64,000 nt of DNA from Planctomycetota bacterium (lineage in GTDB: Bacteria > Planctomycetota > UBA8108 > SXIK01), in the NCBI GenBank assembly GCA_965223265.1, contig OZ244999.1, forward strand, positions 6,176,001 to 6,240,000. The letters run 5' to 3'. Under the pieces are notes generated by a model. That model ran no database searches and had not been told where the DNA came from. It worked only from the letters and a program-made list of their open reading frames with translations. Shown here piece by piece: positions 1 to 8,990 of this stretch. The translations under genes and the position numbers were made by a program. The number at the start of each line of letters is the position of its first letter. Within the stretch, counting starts at the first letter, position 1.

Positions 1-267
1 ATCCTTCCCGTCTTGCGGCAGTGTCGCGACAAACAGGCCGGACGGTCGCAGATAGACTGCGTTGACTGGATGGTCCGTCGGATCGGGCTCGTTGTGCCAA
101 AGCGTCTCGAAGCCGCTCTCGGCGAGAACCTCTTCCGGAATGCGAGCGGGAGCGGCTCTTTTTCCGACTCCGGCCTGCGCGGAACTCCCACTCTCATGGG
201 TTTGGCAGCCGATGCTGGCGAGGCCGGTCACGCTGACCAGTGTCAAGTAGGCAACCCAGAGTCTCAT
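1..267 (-). CDS. Lipoprotein, N-terminal part only (runs off window edge)
   Basis: ATG at 267 preceded by AAGGAG; open to position 1: MRLWVAYLTLVSVTGLASIGCQTH..., hydrophobic signal with lipobox-like SIGC. Not in the ORF track because it is truncated. Confidence 0.65.
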   Translation of the reverse strand, partial: MRLWVAYLTLVSVTGLASIGCQTHESGSSAQAGVGKRAAPARIPEEVLAESGFETLWHNEPDPTDHPVNAVYLRPSGLFVATLPQDGKD

Positions 268-392
268 CCATTTCTCCTTAAGCAATCTGCGGCTTTGAGT
301 GAAGCCGCATCTACGTCGCAATTTCAATTCGTTTCGATTTTTCGAGTCATCGTCGCGGTTCGTTCCCACTCCGGAACGACTCTCTACAACCG

Positions 393-689
393 TTAGCTGG
401 TCTCGGATTCTTGTCTTTCGGCCCGCGACTCTTGAGCCGGCTGGTCGGCAGGCACGAATTCCGAGAGGTCCACGCCGTGTTCGGTCTCGTACGCCTTGAG
501 CTTCCGAATCCTATCGAGATCTTCGTCAATTCGGCTCTGAAGCTTAAAAATAAAGGGTTTACCATCGCGGCGCGCAGTGAGATCGGCCTCCATCTCCTCC
601 CAGAGCCCCTCGTAGAGGATCTTTCTGATCACGAGAAGCTGGAATTCTTCCGGGGGCAAGCCACGGACGAACTCGCGGTGCGGATCCAT
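393..689 (-). CDS. Conserved-looking hypothetical protein
   Basis: MDPHREFVRGLPPEEFQLLVIRKILYEGLWEEMEADL...; protein-like helical composition; same strand as neighbours. Start placed at ATG 689 (track ORF extends to 731). Confidence 0.7.
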   Translation of the reverse strand: MDPHREFVRGLPPEEFQLLVIRKILYEGLWEEMEADLTARRDGKPFIFKLQSRIDEDLDRIRKLKAYETEHGVDLSEFVPADQPAQESRAERQESETS

Positions 690-849
690 GCAACGTTCCG
701 AATAAGCAAAACCCAAGAGGCGGGGAGACACGACGGGCCCAACAGCTTACACAAACGCACGAACCTCGGGCAGGGAGAACTTGTCATTTCGCCTCGAGCC
801 TGGCGCCTCAACACCCCCCACAGGCTCCCGGGTCGTCGTTCGTAGTCGC

Positions 850-1560
850 CTATTTCGAGTCGCGCGCCACCGCAGTGAGCGGCGTCTCGACTTTCGTCCA
901 AGTCGCCCGCTGCCGATCAAATTTGTCCTTGAGGATCTCGAACTCGTCACCGACCCGATGAAACGTCACCTCATAGACGCGCGACACGATCACTTCCGTG
1001 CCGTCGTCGCGTGTCTCAACGCGAATGTCGTTCGACAGTCCAGCCAGGCGCACCCTGACCCGCGTCGCCGCGGGGTCGAACCGGTTGAACACCGCGATAC
1101 ACTCGCGCTGCTGGTCAGCGCCAAGTGGGAAGTACTGATACACAGGGCTCTTTGGGTCACGCTTTGCTAACTCACGATTCTCGTCGGTCTTGCCCCAGAG
1201 CGAGCGCCCTTCCTTTCTCTCAGCAGCAAGTTCGACATTCGGGAGGTACATGTCGCTGTAATGCCGTTTGTTGTCGGTGGTCGCGGTGACGTTGACGTAG
1301 ATCTCTCGATCTTCGCCAGTCTTGTTCCTGAGCGAATAGACGAGATACCAGTACACGCGCCCGGAGCCGAAACCCGTACGCGGCGAGATGAGTTTGAGAC
1401 GCGTGATCTCTGGATCGATGATCCAAGAGTCTCCCGCAACCGACGTGGGACGAGAATCACTCGGACTCTCCTCTTCCTGAGCCGACACCGGTGTCGCGAT
1501 GCCGACGAAGAGCAGAGCGGCGAAGCAGTAAATGAGTGATGGGCGACGAGATGCAGGCAT
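850..1560 (-). CDS. Secreted hypothetical protein
   Basis: Signal peptide MPASRRPSLIYCFAALLFVGIATPVSA|Q then beta-rich body (YWYLVYSLRNKTG). Alternative GTG start at 1638. Confidence 0.75.
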   Translation of the reverse strand: MPASRRPSLIYCFAALLFVGIATPVSAQEEESPSDSRPTSVAGDSWIIDPEITRLKLISPRTGFGSGRVYWYLVYSLRNKTGEDREIYVNVTATTDNKRHYSDMYLPNVELAAERKEGRSLWGKTDENRELAKRDPKSPVYQYFPLGADQQRECIAVFNRFDPAATRVRVRLAGLSNDIRVETRDDGTEVIVSRVYEVTFHRVGDEFEILKDKFDRQRATWTKVETPLTAVARDSK

Positions 1561-1720
1561 GATCCGATCAACCTTTCTCAGAAGAGTCAACGCGACGCAT
1601 TCCCCTGGGTGGAAATCGAGCCAGACGGAGGCTTCCACCCGGATCTCCCTTTGCTGCGTATTTTAGTATTCGGTAGACGTGAAGATAGGCTTGGGCAAAA
1701 GCCCGAAATGCAGGCACGTC

Positions 1721-1803
1721 ACGGTGCCTCAAAGACGGTGCCTCAAAGACGGGGCCTCAAAGACGGGGCTTCAAGACGATCGCTTCAAGACGGTGTGTTC
1801 AAG
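1721..1803. repeat. Degenerating tandem repeat, 6 x ~14 bp (ACGGTGCCTCAAAG-like)
   Basis: acggtgcctcaaag, acggtgcctcaaag, acggggcctcaaag, acggggcttcaag, acgatcgcttcaag, acggtgtgttcaag. Confidence 0.85.
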
Positions 1804-2009
1804 CCCAACTGGCGCTCGTGATCGACCGGCCGCTACAGTTAAAAGTCGCCCCAGAAGGATTATCCGACAGCGCCGGGACGCGGCGGCGGACGCTCCGAGG
1901 CAGCGACCCAACGGCGAGTGAAGACGGTTTCTCTGCAGGCCTTCTCACCTGCCGGGAGACGAGACCACCAGCCGGGCTGGAACAGCGCCAGACATGGCTC
2001 AAAGAGGGA

Positions 2010-2038
2010 ATTCTATTCACTTTATCGATCCTTGTCAA
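2010..2038 (-). promoter_or_regulatory. Sigma70-type promoter
   Basis: Minus strand TTGACA-N17-TAGAAT, near consensus. Confidence 0.7.
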
Positions 2039-2352
2039 AAACGACGCCGAGAGCGCGGCGGCGACCGGGCCAGCATCGCAGTTGCCAACCGGGGGTCGTT
2101 CCCGGCCAGCGCGCTAACTCCAGCAGGCAAGCGCGAAATCTTTCGCCACCACGGCATCCGCGGCGCGCCCGGACGGCATCCGAATGGAAGCCAGCACAAC
2201 GACGTGGGAGATCACTCGCGGCTCGATCAAAGGACGGCTGCGCCGCGAGCAGGGGTCAGACGGGCTATTGTTGGCAGGCGCGCGAGCTGCTACCATAAGC
2301 GGGTGGGGTTGAAGTGCCCCCGAAAAATCTCGCTAACTGCAACAGTTGGCGG

Positions 2353-2394
2353 CCGCAGGACGTCCTGCGGATGAGAGACGTCCTGCGGATGAGA
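2353..2394. repeat. 18-bp palindrome overlapping an 18-bp tandem duplication
   Basis: CCGCAGGACGTCCTGCGG (2353-2370) is a perfect palindrome; GACGTCCTGCGGATGAGA occurs at 2359-2376 and 2377-2394. Confidence 0.8.
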
Positions 2395-2525
2395 GGACGG
2401 GCGGCAACACGGTCGTGGCGTGGGGAGAATCCAAGAGGATCGCTCGACGGTGAATCGCCGTTGTCTGCGTGAAATCACATAGAAAGCTTTCCCGAACAGA
2501 ATTGCCCGAACTACTGGAGGTTTCG

Positions 2526-3110
2526 ATGAACTCTCGCAAGCAAGGATTTACCCTGATTGAGCTGCTGGTCGTGATCGCGATCATCGGCATCATCGCCGGC
2601 GTCTTGTTGCCGTCGCTCTCAAGTGGCCGCGAACGCGCCTACGTCGTCTCGTGCTCAAGCAACCTGAAGAACATCTACACGTTCGCGATGATGTATTCTG
2701 ACGACGACAAGAGCAAAGCGTTCCCGATCGCCAAAGGCAAGAAGAGGCCCAAAGCGCACGAGTCGCTTCAGCGCCTCGTTGATTTCTACCCGGATGACTT
2801 CAAGCCGCAGACCTTCATGTGCCCGGTGTACTTCGGCACGCAGGCCGAGGCGGATGCAGACGGCAAGTTCGTTTTGGATGACGAAACGAACGCCTACGCC
2901 TGGACCGGCAAGCGCCTCAAGAGTACAGCGAAAAACAAGGCTCTCGCCTCCGACAAGTATCACAAGAACTCGAAGATCAGCGGCAGGCCGGACGAGACGA
3001 GTGGGCACCCACGTGGGTTGAACGTCGTTTACACCGACGGTTCCGTTTCTTTCGTCAATGCGGTCGACCTCGACAAAGACACGGACCTGCCTCCGGGCCT
3101 CGTTCGCTAA
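2526..3110 (+). CDS. Prepilin-type N-terminal cleavage/methylation protein with H-X9-DG motif (DUF1559-like)
   Basis: G|[15 protein letters not shown] motif; C-terminal [12 protein letters not shown]; GGAGG RBS before ATG 2526. Confidence 0.9.
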   Translation: MNSRKQGFTLIELLVVIAIIGIIAGVLLPSLSSGRERAYVVSCSSNLKNIYTFAMMYSDDDKSKAFPIAKGKKRPKAHESLQRLVDFYPDDFKPQTFMCPVYFGTQAEADADGKFVLDDETNAYAWTGKRLKSTAKNKALASDKYHKNSKISGRPDETSGHPRGLNVVYTDGSVSFVNAVDLDKDTDLPPGLVR

Positions 3111-3162
3111 GTTAGACAAAAGAGTTTCATCGGGGGAGGAAGCCCCCAGTCGAGTTGTAGAT

Positions 3163-3198
3163 GGCCTGCCTTCCATAGCTGGAAGGCAGGCCTTTTTT
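3163..3198 (+). terminator. Intrinsic terminator
   Basis: Perfect 13-bp stem GGCCTGCCTTCCA-tagc-TGGAAGGCAGGCC followed by T6, downstream of the first pilin-like gene. Confidence 0.85.
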
Positions 3199-3364
3199 CA
3201 TCGACCTCTGTGGAGACCGCTGCAACGCAGAGTGCACAGCCATCGTCCTCAGGTGCGAATTCTTGACCAGGCGATGCCTCAGCTCCCAGGGCCCAAGGGG
3301 CGCATAGAGCATCGCGACAGAACGTCCCCGACCCATTTCTCAACTGTTTTGGCGGAGGTTCTCT

Positions 3365-3943
3365 ATGCACCGGCGTAGCGACGGTTTCACGTTGATCGAG
3401 CTGCTCGTTGTCATTGCGATCATTGGCACGCTTGCTGGCGTCCTGCTGCCCTCGATCCAGGAAGGCCTAGCGCGCGGCGAGGTCGTCACGTGCGCGAACA
3501 ATCTGAAGAACATCTATGCGTTCTCCCTCCTCTACGCGGAAGACCATAAGAGTTCGGCGTATCCATTGGCCAGTGGCAAATCGAAACCAAAGGCCCACGA
3601 GTCCCTGCAAGCGCTAGTCGACGTCTACCCGGAAGACTTACCGCCCGAGCTCTTCGTCTGTCCCGCTGCAGACAGCTCCCCGGCCGAGCGCGGGCCAGAT
3701 GGCAGGCTCGTGCTGAGCGCAGAGTCAAACTCCTACGCCTGGACTAGCCGCAGGCTGAAGAGCACCGCGCGCAACAAGCCACTCGCAGCTGACAAATACT
3801 ATGACGGCTATCGAGACGGAGGCGAAGAACAGGCCGGCCATCGGCGAGGAGTCAACGTCGCGCGAACCGATGGCTCCGTGAGCTTCATGCCGAAGTCCGA
3901 ACTGGACGAAAGTCTCGGGTTGCCACCGGGTCTCGTGCGTTAA
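3365..3943 (+). CDS. Prepilin-type N-terminal cleavage/methylation protein with H-X9-DG motif (paralog)
   Basis: G|[14 protein letters not shown]; HRRGVNVARTDG; same LPPGLVR C-terminus as the upstream paralog; GGAGG RBS. Confidence 0.9.
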   Translation: MHRRSDGFTLIELLVVIAIIGTLAGVLLPSIQEGLARGEVVTCANNLKNIYAFSLLYAEDHKSSAYPLASGKSKPKAHESLQALVDVYPEDLPPELFVCPAADSSPAERGPDGRLVLSAESNSYAWTSRRLKSTARNKPLAADKYYDGYRDGGEEQAGHRRGVNVARTDGSVSFMPKSELDESLGLPPGLVR

Positions 3944-4102
3944 CAGCCTGTTGAAGAAGTGCTTCGAGCCGAAAACTGGTCTCTTCGCGTCCAGATCGGC
4001 TGCGGCAAACGCAGGTAATCTCCGAGATTTTTGAGTATTGACGCCGTCGAGCTGGGCGTGAAGAGGCCAGTTTCTCGGCCGAATGACTTTTTCAACGGGC
4101 TG
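3944..4102 (+). mobile_element. MITE copy 1 (159 bp, non-autonomous)
   Basis: Terminal inverted repeats CAGCCTGTTGAAGAAGT / ACTTTTTCAACGGGCTG; flanks TTAA/GTAA; near identical to 33213-33371. Confidence 0.85.
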
Positions 4103-4220
4103 GTAAGGCGTCCGGTGGGCGCCTTGTGAGGCCAAGCCGCTCGCGCGCTGGCACCGAAAGCGATGACCGGCGCGTGAGCAGGACGCGGCAGGTCAGAACG
4201 CCTGACGCGCCAAGGCAGGC

Positions 4221-4445
4221 TCACTCGTTGTCGAGGTGCGTCTCGTCATCCTGGAAGTTCGCGAAATCGCGCCCGAGCTCCTCCTCGAGAGCCGGCCACA
4301 GCGACGTCGAGACCTTGTAGTCGCCCTCGAACCAGCGCCCCAGGTCGACCAGACGGCAGCGCTCGGAGCAAAACGGAAAAAACTCTCCCGACGCAACGAT
4401 GCGCCGACGACAAGTGCGACAAGCAAATGACTCTGGTTCGTTCAT
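4221..4445 (-). CDS. yacG: DNA gyrase inhibitor YacG
   Basis: CRTC...[17 protein letters not shown] zinc-finger signature. Confidence 0.9.
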   Translation of the reverse strand: MNEPESFACRTCRRRIVASGEFFPFCSERCRLVDLGRWFEGDYKVSTSLWPALEEELGRDFANFQDDETHLDNE

Positions 4446-4484
4446 CGCGTGAGGCCTCTCGTCGAGTCAGAAAAACGCGAGCTG

Positions 4485-4868
4485 TTACTCCTTTGAGCCC
4501 TTCGACGAGCTCGACGCCGAGGAGCCCCCACTCGATGCGTCGCCGCCTGACTTCGCTCCCCCGCTATCCGAGGTCGAGCTTCCACTGGAGGAGTCGCCAG
4601 AGCTCTTCGATTCCGATCCAGACTTGCCACTCTCCGATTTGGAGCCGCCCTCTTTCTCCGCTTTCGCCTGCTTCTGGTAGTCGCTGCTGCGGTAGTCGGT
4701 GATGTAGAACCCATCGCCCTTGAAGAGAAAACCGCCCCCTGCGCTGATCAAGCGCTTGAGCTTGAGTTCTCCACACTTAGGGCACTTCCTCTTCGGGTTC
4801 TCCTTGATGGACTGAAAAATCTCGAAGAGCTCTTCACAAGCTGAACATTGATACTCGTAAGTCGGCAC
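4485..4868 (-). CDS. FmdB-family zinc-ribbon regulatory protein
   Basis: GTG start; PTYEYQCSAC...KCPKCG...FKGDGFYITDY, then a Ser/Gly low-complexity tail. Confidence 0.9.
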   Translation of the reverse strand: MPTYEYQCSACEELFEIFQSIKENPKRKCPKCGELKLKRLISAGGGFLFKGDGFYITDYRSSDYQKQAKAEKEGGSKSESGKSGSESKSSGDSSSGSSTSDSGGAKSGGDASSGGSSASSSSKGSKE

Positions 4869-5067
4869 CAGAGTCTCTCCAATGATCACCGTCAAGCGGC
4901 TGGCGCGGGCACTCTTCCGAACGCTCGCTCCGCAACACGACATGACCCGAACCGCACCGGTTCGCGTCGAGAACAAGATCTCACGATTGTAACCGCGCAC
5001 TGCCACCCAAGAGGAACAGAAAGGTCATACCCTCCCGAGCCGCAGGCGCCACCGCGACCGCCCATTC

Positions 5068-5763
5068 TCACGATGACTCTTCGGAGGCGTCGGGAGGCGC
5101 ATCCTCCGCGCCCTCCTGCGGTTCGCTGTCGCCGCGGACATTGCGGGAGACCTGCACCTTCGTCGGGCGCATCACGACGCCGCGGTGGGTGTAGCCTTTT
5201 TGCAGCACCCCGACCACTTCCCCGGTCGGTCGGTCATCAACCTCCACCTGCAGCATGGCTTCGTGAAACTCGGGATTGAAGGCTGTCCCCACAGCCTCGA
5301 TCTCTTCAACACCGTGATCGGTCAGAAGCTGCAAAAGTTGCTGGTGGATCAGCTCGACTCCCTGACGAAAACCTGAATCGTCCACCGCGGCTTCGCCTTC
5401 GACGCTGGCGAGAGCGCGTTCGAAGTTGTCGACCACCGCAAGCATGTCGGTCAGGACAGCGCGTGCGCCGTATTCTTCAAGCTGCGGCCGCTCACGATGC
5501 ATACGCTTGCGCAGATTCTCAAAGTCGGCCTTAGCGCGACGGAGTTCGTCGAGAAACGTATCACGCTCGTCGGCGCGTACCTTCAAATCCTGGAACTCGG
5601 CCGCCGTCACCTCACTGGTTTGTTCGCAGTCACCGTCGGAATCGTTGCCGGCCTCGCCGTCGGCATTGGCGCTAGCGTCGATCGGAGCGCTGTCGCAACC
5701 AGAATCTTCGGCGGCGTTTTGGCCCTGCACGGAAAGCTTACTCTCTTCTCGTTCGGTGTTCAT
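5068..5763 (-). CDS. grpE: Nucleotide exchange factor GrpE
   Basis: RAKADFENLRKR, VVDNFERAL, FNPEFHEAM, LQKGY...RPTKVQVS. Confidence 0.95.
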   Translation of the reverse strand: MNTEREESKLSVQGQNAAEDSGCDSAPIDASANADGEAGNDSDGDCEQTSEVTAAEFQDLKVRADERDTFLDELRRAKADFENLRKRMHRERPQLEEYGARAVLTDMLAVVDNFERALASVEGEAAVDDSGFRQGVELIHQQLLQLLTDHGVEEIEAVGTAFNPEFHEAMLQVEVDDRPTGEVVGVLQKGYTHRGVVMRPTKVQVSRNVRGDSEPQEGAEDAPPDASEESS

Positions 5764-5814
5764 AGCAGTTGACGAATAGGTGCTGTGTCGCGCGACCACA
5801 ACCGCGCCGCACGA

Positions 5815-6948
5815 TCACGCGTCTCGGTTCTTGAAATACTGAGTCAACTTCTTGAAGAAGCCGCTACGCTCGGGGTGAGCACTCGCGGTGGCTTCCTCCT
5901 CGCGAAGCTCGTCCAAGAGTTCCTTCATGCGGGGCGTCAAGCGTTTCGGAGTCTCGACGACAACCCGGATCAGCTGGTTTCCGACGGCCGAACCATTGAG
6001 GCTTGGTAGGCCTTGACCGCGCAGCCGCAGAACATCTCCGCTCTGCGTGCCAGCCGGAATGGACACCTTCGCCCGATCGCGCAGCGTCGGCACTTCGATC
6101 TTGGCGCCGAGGGCAACGTCGGTGTAGCTAACAGGAATCTCGCAAAGAATGTCGTCCTCGTAGCGCTCGAAGAAATCGTGATTCTTGACGCGCACGCGGC
6201 AGTAGAGGTTACCGGCGGGCGCGCCGCGCAGGCCGGCGTCACCTTGCTGCGCCACACGGATCTGGACACCACTGTGGATTCCTGGAGGTATGTCGACCTC
6301 AACGCTCGAACCTGCGGGGCGTCGTCCCTCGCCGTCGCACTTCGGGCACGCATCTGCGACCACAGCCCCCTCACCGCGGCAACGACTACAAGGTCGACGG
6401 ATCGAGAAGAACCCCTGCACGCTTTCGACTTCACCGTAGCCGTCGCACTGTGTACAAGTCGCGAGTTCGCCGCTCTCGCTTCCCGACCCAGCACATGCCT
6501 CACATGGAGCTTGCCGACGCAACTCGAGAGTGCGCTTCGTACCCGTTGCGACCTCTTCGAGTGTCAGTTCAATCTCTACACGCAGGTCACTGCCGGCTTG
6601 ACGCCCCGAACTCGAACGCCGACCGCTGCCGAAAAAGCCATCGAAAACCGAATCCGAAAAAATATCACCGAAGTGACGAAAGATATCTTCGACGTGCGTA
6701 AAATTCGGTTGGCTATAACCCCGAGCCTTGAGGCCCTCATGCCCGTAGCGGTCGTACAGCTGACGCCGCTCCGAGTCATTCAAAACCTCGTACGCTTCCG
6801 CGACTTCTTTGAATCGTTTCGCCGCGTCGGGGTCGTCGGGATTCTTGTCCGGATGATATTGGATCGCCAGACGACGGTAGGCTTTCTTGAGCTCGGCTTC
6901 GCTCGCCTCGCGCGTCACCCCCAAGACGTCGTAGTAGTCTTTCTGCAT
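5815..6948 (-). CDS. dnaJ: Chaperone DnaJ
   Basis: J domain DYYDVLGV...HPDKN; four CxxCxGxG repeats; DnaJ C-terminal domain. Confidence 0.96.
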   Translation of the reverse strand: MQKDYYDVLGVTREASEAELKKAYRRLAIQYHPDKNPDDPDAAKRFKEVAEAYEVLNDSERRQLYDRYGHEGLKARGYSQPNFTHVEDIFRHFGDIFSDSVFDGFFGSGRRSSSGRQAGSDLRVEIELTLEEVATGTKRTLELRRQAPCEACAGSGSESGELATCTQCDGYGEVESVQGFFSIRRPCSRCRGEGAVVADACPKCDGEGRRPAGSSVEVDIPPGIHSGVQIRVAQQGDAGLRGAPAGNLYCRVRVKNHDFFERYEDDILCEIPVSYTDVALGAKIEVPTLRDRAKVSIPAGTQSGDVLRLRGQGLPSLNGSAVGNQLIRVVVETPKRLTPRMKELLDELREEEATASAHPERSGFFKKLTQYFKNRDA

Positions 6949-7240
6949 GGAAGCGGTCAACTCTCAACCTCTCGCTTCGGGCTCCATCGGGCGTGGTTCC
7001 GCACGCCACCGACTTGGCGCTTCGACTCGTCACGGTCTGCGGCTGGTGTTGCTCCCGCGCCCCAGAAGAACGCAACCAACGCCGAGCAGCAGCTCTCGCA
7101 TCAACTTGGCTCACTACCGACTCTTCGGCAAAAACACCTCAACTTCCGTCGCGCCGGCATGCCAGTCGGACGACGAGAGCCGCGGAGCCGCCCGGGTCGC
7201 CGCTCCCAAAGAGGGGTCTCGCAGGATAGAGAACACTCGC

Positions 7241-8845
7241 TTACGAAACAGTGCCCTGCTGGGGCTCCTTTTCTTTGTCGACTTCCGTTATCAGTACGTC
7301 GGCGGTGAGACTCAGCGAGGCGGCACTCACGGCGTTCTGCAGCGACGTCATCGCCACTTTGGCGGGATCGATGACCCCTGCCTTCACCAGATCCGTGTAC
7401 TCACGGGCTTTCGCGTCGTAGCCATTGTTGCCCTTGCGGTCGTAAACCTCTGCGACCACTTCGCCGCCGTCGAGCCCGCCATTCTCGGCGATTCTCCGCA
7501 GCGGCTCCTCGAGAGCAGCCTTGACGACTTCGACGCCGAACTGCTCGTCGCCGCGCGCCTTGAAATCCTCAAGCTCACGGCAAGCACGCAAATACGCGGT
7601 ACCACCGCCGGCGACGACTCCCTCTTCCACGGCCGCGCGCGTGGCGTGGAGAGCGTCGGTGGCGCGGTCCTTGCGCTCCTTCATTTCGATCTCGGTGTGA
7701 CCACCGATGTAAAGCACACCGATGCCTTCCGACAGCTTGGCTTTACGTTCGATGAACTTTTCCTTGTCGTATGTCGACGTGGTCTGCTCGATCTGAGCGT
7801 TGATCTGATCGATGCGGTCTTGTACGGCTGACTTCTTACCAGCGCCGTTGAGAATCGTCGTCTTGTCCTTGGTGACGACGATTTTCTTCGCACTGCCAAG
7901 ATGAGAGAGCTCAATGTTTTGGAGCGTCAGACCCAGATCCTCGGAAATCAATGAACCACCGGTCAGAATCGCCATATCCTCGAGAAGGTTACGGCGACGA
8001 TCTCCGAACCCAGGCGACTTCACCGCAACGACTGGCAAAACGCCCTGAAGCTTGTTGATCACGAGTGCCGTGAGAACATCGCCTTCAACGTCCTCGGCGA
8101 CGATCACTAGTGGGCGATTCGACATCGCGATTTGCTCGAGAAACGGCACGAATTCCTGCAAGCTCGAGAGTTTCTTCTCGTAGAAGAGAATGTTCGGATT
8201 CTCGTACTCGACACTCATCGTGGCGGGCTCGGTGATGAAATACGGCGAGATGTACCCCTTGTCGAACTGTAGCCCTTGAACCAGCTCGAGATAAGTTTCC
8301 GTTCCAGTGCTCTCTTCGATCGTGATGACGCCGTCGTTACCAACCTTCTCCATGGCTTCCGCCAAGTGGTCAGCGACGACTTCGTCGGAATTCGATGAGA
8401 TATATGCCACGTTGCGGACGTCGGTGTAGTTCTTGATCGGAATGCTGAGCCCTTCAATCACGCCAAGAGCCTTCTTCAGCGCGCGCTCCATGCCGCGCCG
8501 CAGGTCCGTGGGGTGGACTCCGCCAGCGAGATACTTCTGACCTTCCGAGAGCATGCGGTCCGCGAGGACAACGGCGGTCGTCGTGCCGTCGCCAACCTGG
8601 TCGTTCGTGCGCGATGCGACTTCATTGAGGAGCTTCGCACCCATGTGCTCAAACGGATCGGGCAGCTCCACCTCCTTCGACACGGTGATGCCGTCTTTCG
8701 TCGTCACCGGCTTGCCGAAACTCTTCTCCAAAATGACGTTCTTGCCCGTCGGTCCGAGTGTCGAGCGAACGGTCTTCGCCAGGATACTCATACCCGCGGT
8801 GAGTTTTTCACGCCCCCGCGCTTCGTACAGCAGCTGTTTCGCCAT
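7241..8845 (-). CDS. groEL: Chaperonin GroEL paralog (no GGM tail)
   Basis: TLGPTGKNV, TKDG, GDGTTTA, FDKGYISPYF, DALHATRAAVEEG. Confidence 0.95.
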   Translation of the reverse strand: MAKQLLYEARGREKLTAGMSILAKTVRSTLGPTGKNVILEKSFGKPVTTKDGITVSKEVELPDPFEHMGAKLLNEVASRTNDQVGDGTTTAVVLADRMLSEGQKYLAGGVHPTDLRRGMERALKKALGVIEGLSIPIKNYTDVRNVAYISSNSDEVVADHLAEAMEKVGNDGVITIEESTGTETYLELVQGLQFDKGYISPYFITEPATMSVEYENPNILFYEKKLSSLQEFVPFLEQIAMSNRPLVIVAEDVEGDVLTALVINKLQGVLPVVAVKSPGFGDRRRNLLEDMAILTGGSLISEDLGLTLQNIELSHLGSAKKIVVTKDKTTILNGAGKKSAVQDRIDQINAQIEQTTSTYDKEKFIERKAKLSEGIGVLYIGGHTEIEMKERKDRATDALHATRAAVEEGVVAGGGTAYLRACRELEDFKARGDEQFGVEVVKAALEEPLRRIAENGGLDGGEVVAEVYDRKGNNGYDAKAREYTDLVKAGVIDPAKVAMTSLQNAVSAASLSLTADVLITEVDKEKEPQQGTVS

Positions 8846-8990
8846 GCTTTGACTCTCTCCTTCCCTCGACCGGCCTCGTGCCGACCAGGGTCGCTATTTG
8901 AATGATTCGTTTTTCTGACGGACTTTCGTGATACGCGCGCAGACGCGATCGAATGCGCCGCGGCGGTTCATGCCAGACGGCTCGGGCACG

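Noticed and set aside
1721-1803. Possible CRISPR array
   Set aside because: Units are 14 bp and directly adjacent with no spacers; no cas genes in the window.
6949-7240. groES in the gaps around the groEL genes
   Set aside because: No ~95-aa ORF with a GroES signature (PLxDRV) here, at 8846-8990, or upstream of 10748.
6013-7831. Long plus-strand ORFs (431 aa, 294 aa) and similar antisense ORFs elsewhere (e.g. 12831-13787, 17017-18132, 58223-59080)
   Set aside because: Shadow ORFs opposite well-supported genes in GC-rich DNA; no motifs.
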